A stretch of 64,000 nt of DNA from Eledone cirrhosa (Eukaryota): positions 18,042,001-18,106,000 of the forward strand of contig OZ024742.1 of NCBI GenBank assembly GCA_964016885.1, in the 5' to 3' direction. Below are positions 1 to 11,719 of this stretch, piece after piece. Each line of letters opens with the position of its first letter. Positions within the stretch are counted from its first letter, which is position 1. A program made the translations under genes and the position numbers. The notes under the pieces were generated by a model. The model was not told the origin of the DNA. It did not search any database and saw nothing but the letters and a program-made list of their open reading frames with translations.

Positions 1-559
1 ATATTCTCCTTTTCGCTAATCTTTGATATTATATTGGCATCTGCTGGGCAGTTAATTTCCACTACTGTGCTTGCTTTCTTCTCCCTGTCCCATAACATAT
101 CTGGTCTGTTATGCCTGCATTTTATTGGGGTTTTTACTGGAACATTCCACCAGTACTCTTTCATATTATGTATGTATGATTGTATGTACTCTAGCGTCCC
201 AAAAAATATAGGGGGGGGGGGGTAAGCGGGAGGTTTGGAAAATCGGTAATTTTTCTTGGTTGTCTCTCTTGATATTTTGTAAAAACCAGAATTAGTCGTT
301 TAATTTACATATTGAGACCCAACGCATTCTATTTATTTTATAACATATGAGATTTCTTGTAATGTACTTTTTTTGTCATGTATAATGTTTTTTTAATGTA
401 TAAAGAAAATTAACTGTCGCAGAAATGCTACCACTTAAAATAATATTTCACCAGAGATAGATGAGTAAAATTTACTAAACTAATAAACGGGTTGTTGTAG
501 AAGAGAGCGAGGGGGATTTGAAAGAATAATAACGGAGAGAGGGAGGGTTATTCAGGAGT

Positions 560-3500
560 ATGGATGGTTGGTTGGTTGGTTGGGTGGTTGGATTGTTGGA
601 TGGATGGTTGGATGGTTGGTTGGATGATTGGTGGTTGGTTGGATGGTTGGGTGGATGGTTGGATGGTTGGTTGGGTGGATGGTTGGTTGGGTGGTTGGTT
701 GGTTGGATAGGTAGTTGGATGGATGGATGGTTGGTTGGTTGGATGGGTGGTTGATTGGTTGGATGGGTGGTTGGGTGGTTGGATGGCTGGTTAGTTGGTT
801 GGTTGTTTGGGGGTTGGTTGGATGGATGGTTGGATGGATGGTTGGTTGGATGGATGGTTGGATGGATGGTTGGATGGTTATATGAATGGTTGGATGGATG
901 GTTGGTTGGATGAATGGTTGGATGGATGGTTGGATGGATGGTTGGTTGAATGGTTGGATGGTTAGATGAAGGGTTGGATGGATGGTTGGTTGGATGGGTG
1001 GTTAGATGGTTAGATGAAGGGTTGGATGGATGGTTGGTTGGATGGGTGGTTGGATGGTTGGATGGATGGTTGGTTGGATGGTTGGTTGGATGGATGGTTG
1101 GATGGTTTGTTGGTTGGTTGGATGGGTGGTTGTATGGTTAGATGAATGGTTGGATGGATGGTTGGTTGGATGGATGGTTGGATGGTTGGATGGTTGGATG
1201 GTTAGATGAATGGTTGGATGGATGGTTGGTTGGTTGGTTGGATGAATGGTTGGATGGTTGGTTGGATGGTTTGATGGTTGGTTGGATAAATGGTTTTGTG
1301 AATGGTTGGATGGAAGGTTGGTTGGTTGCATGGTTGGATGAATGGTTCGATGAATGGTTGGATGGTTGGTTGGATGAATGGTTGGATGAATGGTTGGTTG
1401 AATGGTTGGACGGGTGGTTGAATGGATGGTTGGTTGGATGGATGGCTGGTTGGTTGGATGGTTGCGTGAATGGTTGGATGGATGGTTGGATGGTTGGATG
1501 AATTGTTGGATGGATGGTTGGATGGTTGTTTGGATGGTTTGATGGTTGGTTGAATGGTTGGATGGCGGGTTGGTTTGATGAATGTTTGGATGGTTGGTTG
1601 GTTAGATGAATAGTTGGTTGGTTGGTTGGTTGGATGGTTAGATGAATGGTTGATTGGATGAATGGTTGTTTGGATGAATGGTTGTTTGCATGGTTTGATG
1701 GATGGTTGGGTGGTTGGATGCTTGGATGAACGGTTGGATGGATGGTTGAATGGATGGCTAGTTGGTTGGATGAATGGTTAGTGAATGGTTGGATGGATGG
1801 TTGGTTGGTTGGATGAATGGCTGGTTGGTTGGATGAATGGTTGGATGGTTGGTTGGTTGGATGGATGGGTGGTTGGATGGTTGGATGAATGGTTGGATGG
1901 TTGGTTGGTTAGATGGATGGATGTTTGGATGGTTTGTTGGATGGGTGGATGGATGGTTGGTTGGTTGGATGGTTGGATCGATGGTTGGTTGGTTAGATGA
2001 ATGGTTGGATGGATGGTTGGTTGGATGAATGGTTGGATGAATAGTTGGATGAATGGTTGGATGGATGGCTAGTTGGTTGGATGAATGGTTGGATGAATGG
2101 TTGGTTGTTTGGATGAATGGTTGGATGAATGGTTGGATGAATGGTTGGATGAATGGTTGGTTGGTTGGATGAATGGTTGGATAAATGGTTGGATGAATGG
2201 GTGGTTGGTTGGAGGAATGGTTGGCTGGATGGGTATTTGGTTGGATGAATGGTTATTGGATGGTTGTTTGGTTGGAATGGTTGGATGAATGGTTGGATGG
2301 ATGGCTAGTTGGTTGGATGAATGGTTGGATGAATGGTTGGATGGATGGTAGGTTGTTTGGATGAATGGTTGGATGAATGGTTGGATGAATGGTTGGATGA
2401 ATGGTTGGATGGATGGCTAGTTGGTTGGATGAATGGTTGGATGAATGGTTGGATGGATGGTTGGTTGTTTGGATGAATGGTTGGATGAATGGTTGGATGA
2501 ATGGTTGATTGGTTGGATGAATGGTTGGATAAATGGTTGGATAAATGGTTGGATGAATGGGTGGTTGGTTGGATGAATGGTTGGATGGATGGTTGGCTGG
2601 ATGGGTAGTTGGTTGGATGAATGGTTGGATGGATGGTTGGAATGGTTGGATGAATGGTTGGATGAATAGTTGGTTGGTTGGTTGGATGAATGGTTGGATG
2701 AATGGTTGGTTGGTTGGATGAATGGTTGGATCGATGGTTGGTTGGTTGGATGAATGGTTGGATCGATGGTTGGTTGGTTGGATGAATGGTTGGATGAATA
2801 GTTGGTTGGTTGGTTGGATGAATGGTTGGATGAATGGTTGGATCGATGGTTGGTTGGTTGGATGAATGGTTGGATGAATGGTTGGTTGGTTGGATGAATG
2901 GTTGGATCGATGGTTGGTTGGTTGGATGAATGGTTGGATGAATAGTTGGTTGGTTGGATGAATGGTTGGATGAATGGTTGGATCGATGGTTGGTTGGTTG
3001 GATGAATGGTTGGATGAATAGTTGGTTGGTTGGTTGGATGAATGGTTGGATGAATGGTTGGATCGATGGTTGGTTGGTTGGATGAATGGTTGGATGAATG
3101 GTTGGATGAATGGTTGGATGAGTGGTTGGATGAATAGATGGTTGGTTGGTTAGATGAATGGATGGATGAATGGTTAGATAAATGGTTGGTTGGTTGGTTG
3201 GTTGGTTGGTTGGTTGGTTGGTTGGTTGGTTGGATGAATGGTTGGATGAATGGTTGGTTGTATGGTTGGTTGGATGGTTGGATGTATGGTTGAATGGATG
3301 GTTAGTTGGTTGGATGAATGGTTGGATGGATGGATGGTTGGATGGCTGGTTGGTTGGTTGGATGGATGGTTGGTTGTATGGTTGGTTGTATGGTTGGGTG
3401 GATGGTTGGATGGTTGGTTGGTTGGTTAGATGAATGGTTAGATGAATGGTTGGATGGTTGTTTGGTTGGATGGTTGGATGGATGGTTGGTCGGTTGGTTG

Positions 3501-6500
3501 GTCGGTTGGATGGATGGTTGGTTGGTTGGATGAATGGTTGGATGAATGGTTGATGGATGGTTGGATCGATGGTTCGTTGGTTGGATGGATGTTTGGATGG
3601 ATGGCTAGTTGGTTGGATGGATGGTTGATTGGTTGGATGAATGTTTGGATGAATGGTTGGATGAATGTTTGGATGAATGGTTGGATGAATGGTTGGTTAG
3701 TTGGATGAATAGTTGGATGAATGGTTGGATCGATGGTTGGTTGGTTGGATGAATGGTTGGATGAATGGTTGGATGGATGGTTAGTTGGTTAGATGGATGG
3801 TTGGATGAATAGTTGGTTGGTTGGATGGTTGGGTGAATGGTTGCTTGGATGGATGGTTGGATGCTTGGTTGGATGGTTACATGAATGGTTGGATGGATGG
3901 TTGGTTGGTTGGATGGTTGGTTGGTTGGTTGGTTGGTTGGTTGGTTGGATGAATGGTTGGATGAATGGTTGGATGGATGGTTAGTTGGTTAGATGGATGG
4001 TTGGATGAATAGTTGGTTGGTTGGATGGTTGGGTGAATGGTTGCTTGGATGGATGGTTGGATGCTTGGTTGGATGGTTACATGAATGGTTGGATGGATGG
4101 TTGGTTGGTTGGATGGTTGGTTGGTTGGTTGGTTGGTTGGTTGGATGAATGGTTGGATGAATGGTTGGATGGATGGTTAGTTGGTTAGATGGATGGTTGG
4201 ATGAATAGTTGGTTGGTTGGATGGTTGGGTGAATGGTTGCTTGGATGGATGGTTGGATGCTTGGTTGGATGGTTACATGAATGGTTGGATGGATGGTTGG
4301 TTGGTTGGATGGTTGGTTGGTTGGTTGGTTGGTTGGTTGGATGAATGGTTGGATGAATGGTTGGATGGATGGTTAGTTGGTTAGATGGATGGTTGGATGA
4401 ATAGTTGGTTGGTTGGATGGTTGGGTGAATGGTTGCTTGGATGGATGGTTGGATGCTTGGTTGGATGGTTACATGAATGGTTGGATGGATGGTTGGTTGG
4501 TTGGATGGTTGGATGAATGGTTGGATGGATGGTTTGATGGTTGGTTGGATGGATGGTTTGATGGTTGGTTGGATGGTTGGTTGGTTCGATGGATGGTTGG
4601 ATGGTTGATTGGATGGTTAGATGAATGTTTGGGTGAACGGTTGGTTGGTTGGATGAATGGTTTGATGAAAGGTTGGATGGATGGTTGGTTGGTTGGATGA
4701 ATGTTTCCATGGCTGGTTGGTTGGATGGTTGGATGGTTGGTTGGTTGGATGGATGGTTGGTTGGACGGTTGTTTGGGTGGATGGCTGGTTGGTTGAATGG
4801 TTGGGTCAATGTTTGGATGGATGGTTGGTTGGATGGTTTGATGGTTGGTTGGATGGTTGGATGGCTGGTTGGTTGGATGGTTGGTTGGATGGTTAGATGA
4901 ATTGTTGGATGGATGGTTGGATGGTTGGTTAGATGGATGGTTGGTTGGTTGGATGGTTGATGGATGGTTGTTTGGTTGGATGGTTAGATGAATGGTTGGA
5001 TGAATGATTGGATGGATGGTTGGTTGGTTGGATGAATGGTTGGATGGTTAGTTGTTTGGATGGTTGGTTGGATGGTTTGATGGATGGTTGTTTGGAGTGA
5101 TGGTTTGTTGGTTGGATGGTTGGATGAATGGTTGATGGATGGTTGGTTGGTTGGATGGTTGGATGAATGGTTGGTTGGTTGGATGGATGGTTGGATGAAT
5201 TGTTGGATGGATGGTTCGATGGTTGGTTGGATGGTTGGATGGTTGAATGGCTGGTTGGTTGGTTGGTTGGATGAATGGTTCGATGAATGGTTGGATGGAT
5301 GGTTGGTTGGTTGGATGAATGTTTGGATGGCTGGTTGGTTGGATGGTTGCGTGAATGGTTGGATGGATGGTTCGTTGGATGGTTTTATGGTTGGTTGGAT
5401 GAATTGTTGGATGGATGGTTGGATGGATGGTTGGATGGCTGGTTGGATGGATGGGTGGTTGGTTGGATGGTTGATGGATGGTTGTTTGGATGAATGGTTG
5501 TTTGAATGGCTTGATGGATGGTTGGATGGTTGGATGGTTGGATGAATGGTTGGATGGAAGGTTGGATGGCTAGTTGGTTGGATGAATGGTTGGTTGGTTG
5601 GATGAATGGTTGGTTGGTTGGATGAATGGTTGGGGGATCGTTGGTTGGTTGGATGAATGGTTGGATGAATGGTTGGATGGTTGGTTGGTTGGTTGGTTGG
5701 ATGGATGGTTGGTGGGTTGATGGCTGGTTGGTTGGATGGTTGGGTGAATGGTTGGATGGATGATTGTTTGGATGGTTGGATGGTTGGTTGGATGGTTGGA
5801 TGGTTGGATGGATGGCTGGTTGGTTGGATGAATGGTTGGATGAATGGTTGGATGGATGGTTGATTGGTTGGATGAATGGTTGTTTGGATGGTTTGATGGT
5901 TGGTTGAATGGTTGGATGGCTAGTTGTTTGGATGAATGGTTGGATAGATGGTTGGATGTTTGGATGAATGGTTGGATGGATGTGTGGTTGGTTGGATGGA
6001 TGGTTGGTTGGATGGTTGGTTGGTTGGTTGGATGAATGGGTGGATGGATGGTTGGTTGGATGGATGGTTGGATGGATGATTGAATGGTTGGATGAATGGT
6101 TGGATAAATGGTTGGATGGTTGATTGGATGGATGGTTGATTGGTTGGATGGTTGGATGGTTGGATGAATGGTTGGTTGTTTGGTTGGTTGGATGAATGGT
6201 TGCATGAATGGTTGGATGGATGGATGGTTGGTTGGTTGGATGGTTGGATGAATGGTTGGATGGCTGGTTGGTTGGTTGGATGGATGGTTGGGTGAATGGT
6301 TGGATAGATGGTTGGTTGGATGGTTTCATGGTTGGTTGGATGGTTGGATGGATGGCTTTGGTTGGATGAATGCTTGGATGAATGGTTGGATGGTTGGTTG
6401 GTTGGTTGGATGGTTGGATGAATGTTGGTTGAATGGTTGGATGGCTGGTTGGTTGGATGAATGGTTGGATGGATGGTTGGTTGGATGGATGGGTGGTTGT

Positions 6501-8692
6501 ATGGATGGTTGGTTGGATGGTTGGTTGGGTGGATGGCTGTTTGGTTGGATGGTTGGGTGAATGGTTGGTTGGATGGTCGGTTGGATGGTTTGATGCTTGG
6601 TTGGATGGTTGGATAGATGGCTGGTTGGTTGGATGAATGGTTGGATGAATGGTTGGGTGGTTGGTTGGATTGTTGGTTGGATGGGTGGTTGGATGGTTGG
6701 TTGGATGGATGGTTGGTTGGATGGTTGGTTGATTGGATGGTTGGGTGAATGGTTGGATGGATGGTTGGTTGGATGGTTTGATGGTTGGTGGCATGGTTAG
6801 TGAATGGTTGGATGGATGGTTGGTTGGTTGGATGAATGGTTGGTTGGATGTATGATTGGTTGTTTGGATGGTTGGATGGTTGGTTGGCTGGTTGGATGGG
6901 TGGTTGGGTGGAAGGTTTGTTGGATGGTTGGTTGGGTGGATGGCTGGTTGGTTGGATGGATGGTTGGGTGAATATTTGATGGATGGTTGGTTGGTTGAAT
7001 GGTTGAATGGTTGGCTGGTTGGGTGGCTGATTGGATGGATGGTTGGTTGGATGGATGGTTGTTTGGTTGGATGAATGGTTGTTTGGATGGGTGGATGGTT
7101 GGATGGTTGGTTGGATGGTTGGTTGGATGGATGAATGGTTGGTTGGATGGTTGGATGAATGGTTGGATGGATGGTTGGTTGGTTGGATGGTTGGATGAAT
7201 GTTTGTGTGGATGGTTGGTTGGTTGGATGAATGTTTGGATGAATTGTTTTATGAATGGTTGGATGGATGGTTGGATGGTTGGATGAATGGTTGGTTGGAT
7301 GGTTGGATGGATGGATGGATGGGTGGTTAGATGGTTGATTGGGTGGATGGTTGGTTGATTGGATGGATGGATGGTTGGTTGGATGGTTGGTTGGATGGTT
7401 AGTGAATGGTTGGATGGTTGATTGGTTGGATGAATGGTTGGTTGGTTGGATGAATGGTTGGATGGATGGTTGGATGGATGGTTGGTTGGTTGGTTGGATG
7501 GTTGGTTGGATGGTTGGACGGATGGTTGGACGGATGGTTGGTTGGATGGTTGGATGGGTGGTTGGATGGAAGTTTTGTTGGATGATTGGTTGAGTGGATG
7601 GCTGGTTGGTTGGATGGTTGGGTGAATGGTTGGATGGTTGATTGGTTGGCTGGTTGGTTGGTTGGATGGATGGTTGGATGGTTGTTTGGTTGGGTGGATG
7701 GTTCGATGGTTGGTTGGATGGTTTATGAATGGTTGGTTGGATGAATGGTTGGATGAAAGTTTGGATGGATGGTTGGTTGGTTGGTTGGATGGTTGGATGA
7801 ATGGTTGGATGGCTGGTTGGTTGGATGTATGGTTGGATGTATGGTTGTGTGGATGGTTGGTTGGATGGATGGCTGGATGGATGGTTTGTTGGATGGATGA
7901 ATGGTTGGATGGTTGGTTGGATGAATGTTGGGATGAATGGTTGTTTGGTTGGATGAATGGTTGGATGGTTGGTGATTGGATGGATGGATGGTTGGATGGT
8001 TGGTTGGATGGTTGGTTGTTTGGATGGTTGGATGGGTGGTTGCATGGATGGTTGGATGGGTGGTTTCATGGATGGCTGGGTGATTGGATTGTTGGGTGAA
8101 TGGTTGAATGGTTGGTTGGTTGGATGGTTGGATGGTTGGTTGGTTGGATGGTTGGATGGTTAGATGAATGGTTGGTTGGATGAATGTTTGGATGAATGGT
8201 TGGATAGTTGGATGGTTGGATATAATGGTTGGATGGATGGTTGGTTGGTCGGTTGGATGGATGGTTGGATGAATGGTTGGATGAATGGTTGGTTGGATGG
8301 TTGGATGGTTGAATGGTTGTATGGATGGTTTGTTGGTTGGATGGTTTGTTTGTTGGATGAATGGTTGGATGGATGGATGGATGGTTGGTTGGATGGATTG
8401 TTGGTTGGTTGGATGAATGGTTTTATGAATGGTTGGATGGCTGGCTGGTTGGGTGAATGGTTGGATGGATGAATGGTTACATGGATGGTTGGTTGGTTGG
8501 ATGAATGGTTGGATGGATGAATGGTTACATGGATGGTTGGTTGGTTGGATGGATGGATGGATGGATGGTTTGTTGGATGGATGGTTTATTGGTTGGATGA
8601 ATGGTTGGATGAATGGTTGGATGGTTGATTGGGTGGATGGTTGGTTGGTTGGATGATTGAATGGATGGTTGGTTGGATGGTTGGTTGGATGA
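560..8692. repeat. ~8.1-kb degenerate tetranucleotide satellite (GGAT/GGTT/GAAT mix)
   Basis: Continuous 4-bp periodicity with GG doublets and very few C on the + strand. All W/G/D/M-rich and P/T/N/H/Q-rich ORFs here are translations of the repeat. Confidence 0.97.
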
Positions 8693-8699
8693 ATAATTA

Positions 8700-8853
8700 C
8701 TGAGTGCATTACTGGTACTTTATTTTATCGACCCCGTAAGGATGAAAGGCAAAGTTAACCTCGACGGGATTTGAACTCAGAATGACAAGGACCGTAACTC
8801 TATGCGCAAATCATGGCGTTCGACCCTCTACTGATACTGCCAATCCACCGCCC
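8700..8853 (-). mobile_element. tRNA-derived SINE with a Deu/Nin-like central domain
   Basis: Minus strand reads GGGCGGTGGATTGGCAGTATCAG (A-box-like) ... GAGTTCAAATCCC (B box) ... GCCTTTCATCCTTACGGGGTCGATAAAATAAAGTACCAG. Related copies at about 19150-19380, 26270-26495, 30010-30130, 30430-30590, 31075-31170, 37165-37310, 41960-42090, 44280-44420, 51215-51395 and 59008-59100. Confidence 0.85.
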
Positions 8854-8874
8854 TGCATTGAAATAATATAAGAT

Positions 8875-8991
8875 AATATAATGAAAATTATTGTGTACTG
8901 TGCTCAGGTGCACTACAACTCATCAATGGTATCTGTATAGTACATAGAATAATGTACAAACGTCAGGAAAGTGAACACTATATGAGTCATG

Positions 8992-9027
<36 letters not shown>

Positions 9028-9133
9028 CAGGTGTAGTGTTGAAGAATTTCGGAAAGTATGGAAGTTTTGAAGGATGCAGTGTCCCGACAGCTAACAACTG
9101 ATGCAGTTAGTTTCTTCCATGCTTCAGCAACTC
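8875..9133 (-). mobile_element. CR1/L2-type LINE 3' end fragment
   Basis: Minus-strand translation [34 protein letters not shown] resembles the CR1 ORF2 C-terminus, followed by a 3' UTR and ATT-type tail. Related copies at about 30380-30755 and 38378-38625. Confidence 0.7.
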
Positions 9134-9328
9134 TAAATATTTACGAAAGTCATGGAAGCTATACTGTACAACATATTAATTTCTTCTATTTCATTTTAAA
9201 TTTCTTCTTAATTTTATTTCTTCTCTCCTTCATGTTTTTCAGGTTCTTCCATTTAGGCAGATGTTAAATAGAGAATTGTCGAATTGTACCAAAGTCATTG
9301 GCGGTTATCCTTCTATTGGATTGGAAAA

Positions 9329-11719
9329 ATGGATTCTTCGATAGATGGGAATTCATTTTTATATAAAAATTTAGCATATACGCAAAAGCGATTTGATGAC
9401 ACTCATAGAAAACCTAAAGCGGAAAAGCCAGCTCTTTCTCAAAGAATTCGATCTCGGTGTTATTGTTCCAAGAGAAGAATATGGAAAGTATTGAGCACTT
9501 ATCTACCGATTATCAAAGTAATGCGATATTACAAATTAAAAGACTATCTTCTAACGGATATCTTAGCTGGAGTGACGATTGGTATAATGCATATTCCCCA
9601 AGCGTTAGGTTTCGGAAAGCTAACTTCTGTGAAAACTGTAAATGGACTTTATACATCGTTTTGGCCTATTGTTATATACTTGATTTTTGGCACATCTCCT
9701 CATGTTTCCATTGGCACAAGTGCCGTTGTTTGTATATTAACAGCTGGTGTTGTTGACAAACAGGCTCACATATTCGCTAACAATTACTTCAACAGTTCTG
9801 TTCTTCAAAATAGTACGGCTGCTGATTGGGAGTTAATACCGGAGTATATGGACTTTAAAGAAGGCATTGCTATGACAACATCTCTACTTGCTGGATTAAT
9901 CCTGCTTTTAATGGGAATATGTCGCTTGGGTTTTATCACTGCTTATTTATCGGAATCATTCTTCAGTGCTTTTACATCGGCAGCTGCTGTACACATCGCC
10001 ACCAGTCAAATCTCTTCCATGTTTGGTTTGTCAATCAAAAAATACAGCGGAATTTTCAAAGTAATTTATACATATCGTGACATATTTCTCAATATCACAA
10101 AGACTAATATAGCAGAGCTCATCGTCTCAATTATAGGTATCATAGTTCTATTATTTGTAAAATCTTGTATTAATGACCGATTTAAGCATAAACTAAAGGT
10201 TCCAATACCGATTGAGCTGGTTGTAGTAATACTTGGAACAGTAGTAGCTTACGTTGCTAACCTTGCTGAAAACTATAACGTTAAAATAGTCGGTCAGATC
10301 TCAACAGAAATACCCATGCCTAAAGTCCCTCCTCTAGACAACGCCAATAGTATTTTATTAGACAGCTTTATCATTGCTATATTGATATTCGCAAATACAA
10401 TAGCTATGGCGAAGATCTGCGCAAAGAAACACAATTATGAAATAAATGACTCGCAGGAATTAATTGCCTATGGAATGTGTAATTTTGTAAGTGCATTTTT
10501 TTTCTGTTTCCCGTCGAGCATCGCTCCTCCACGATCAATGGTTGCAAGCTCAATGGGGGTAAAGACGACCCTAAATGCAATATTTACATCAATTCTCATG
10601 TTTTTAGTACTGAGTGTCATCAGTAATCTGTTTAGAACTCTGCCAGTATCAATATTAGCTGCTGTTATAGTTGTGGCATTAAAGGGACTATTTCTTCAAA
10701 TTGGAGATTTAAAAAAATTCTGGTATATCAATGTATTTGATTTCGTTATCTGGTTAGTAACTTTTCTCAGCGTTGTTTTCTTGGATATTGACTATGGTCT
10801 TGCCATTGGAGTCTTCACATCCCTCGTCACCGTCGTTTTACAGAGTCAATTTGCTCAAAGCTATCGAATTGCGCGTCTCTCAAATGATGACTTATTGGTT
10901 GAACACAAACTTTATCATTCAAATGAGATTAAAGGCGTGAAAATATTCCGTTTTGAAGCCAACATTTATTTTGCTACAGCAGAAATATTCCGAAACAGTC
11001 TCTATCGGAAAACTCTCAATCCCAGGAAACTTTTGAAACAATTACAAAAACTAGAAAAACGATGCCAAGAGCAAAATAAAATGAGTTTATCAAAAATGGA
11101 TATATTTAAACGTTCGATAAGTGTTGCTTCTGGATCTACGGAAATATCAACTCTAGACCTGTCATTTCCACCGCCAGGTAATAAAGTGATAGCTTTGGAT
11201 GAATCATGTATATTACCACAGTCTTCTGGATCTTATTTGACACTGGATTCAAAATCTTCTCCTGATTCTAATGGTAAGGTCCCATATGAAACAAATATTC
11301 CAAGGGAGAACTCTTTGGATTCCAATGCAACTAATTCTGATGAAGAAACAGATGCTGATGATTACGGTAACTTCATGTTCGAAGAAAAACTGAATAAAAT
11401 GAAATCAATCCGTTTCATCATAATAGACCTCTCCAGTGTAAATTACATAGATGCTTCTGGTGCTAACGTCTTAAGCCATATCCGCAAGGAATATGAGCAT
11501 GTTAATGTACAGGTATTTTTTGCTTCATGTCATCCTCGTGTACGCCAAAGTTTGAAACAAGCTGGTGTATTTGACGTTTATCCACCAAATAATATATTTG
11601 TTTCACTAAATGGAGCAATAGCACAAACTGATATCAACAGTACACATCCGCCTAATGTTAAACTAAAAAACTTTACAGATGAAGAAGCAGCAGAAGATTC
11701 CTATGTGACCAAACTTTAG
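9329..11719 (+). CDS. SLC26/SulP anion transporter (prestin/SLC26A5-A6-like), 796 aa, single coding exon
   Basis: Motifs DILAGVTIGIMHIPQ, GLYTSFWPIVIYLIFGTS.H.SIG and QELIAYG. STAS domain (KIFRFEANIYFA ... IIIDLSSVNYIDASG) with a long intervening sequence, and C-terminal PDZ-type VTKL. First ATG at 9329; a polypyrimidine tract plus AG at 9241-9242 suggests a 5' UTR intron upstream. Confidence 0.95.
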   Translation: MDSSIDGNSFLYKNLAYTQKRFDDTHRKPKAEKPALSQRIRSRCYCSKRRIWKVLSTYLPIIKVMRYYKLKDYLLTDILAGVTIGIMHIPQALGFGKLTSVKTVNGLYTSFWPIVIYLIFGTSPHVSIGTSAVVCILTAGVVDKQAHIFANNYFNSSVLQNSTAADWELIPEYMDFKEGIAMTTSLLAGLILLLMGICRLGFITAYLSESFFSAFTSAAAVHIATSQISSMFGLSIKKYSGIFKVIYTYRDIFLNITKTNIAELIVSIIGIIVLLFVKSCINDRFKHKLKVPIPIELVVVILGTVVAYVANLAENYNVKIVGQISTEIPMPKVPPLDNANSILLDSFIIAILIFANTIAMAKICAKKHNYEINDSQELIAYGMCNFVSAFFFCFPSSIAPPRSMVASSMGVKTTLNAIFTSILMFLVLSVISNLFRTLPVSILAAVIVVALKGLFLQIGDLKKFWYINVFDFVIWLVTFLSVVFLDIDYGLAIGVFTSLVTVVLQSQFAQSYRIARLSNDDLLVEHKLYHSNEIKGVKIFRFEANIYFATAEIFRNSLYRKTLNPRKLLKQLQKLEKRCQEQNKMSLSKMDIFKRSISVASGSTEISTLDLSFPPPGNKVIALDESCILPQSSGSYLTLDSKSSPDSNGKVPYETNIPRENSLDSNATNSDEETDADDYGNFMFEEKLNKMKSIRFIIIDLSSVNYIDASGANVLSHIRKEYEHVNVQVFFASCHPRVRQSLKQAGVFDVYPPNNIFVSLNGAIAQTDINSTHPPNVKLKNFTDEEAAEDSYVTKL

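Noticed and set aside
560-8709. Long ORFs, including the 894-aa P/T/N/H/Q-rich ORF and many W/G/D-rich ORFs
   Set aside because: They are translations of a stop-poor tetranucleotide satellite, appear in several frames and have no domain structure.
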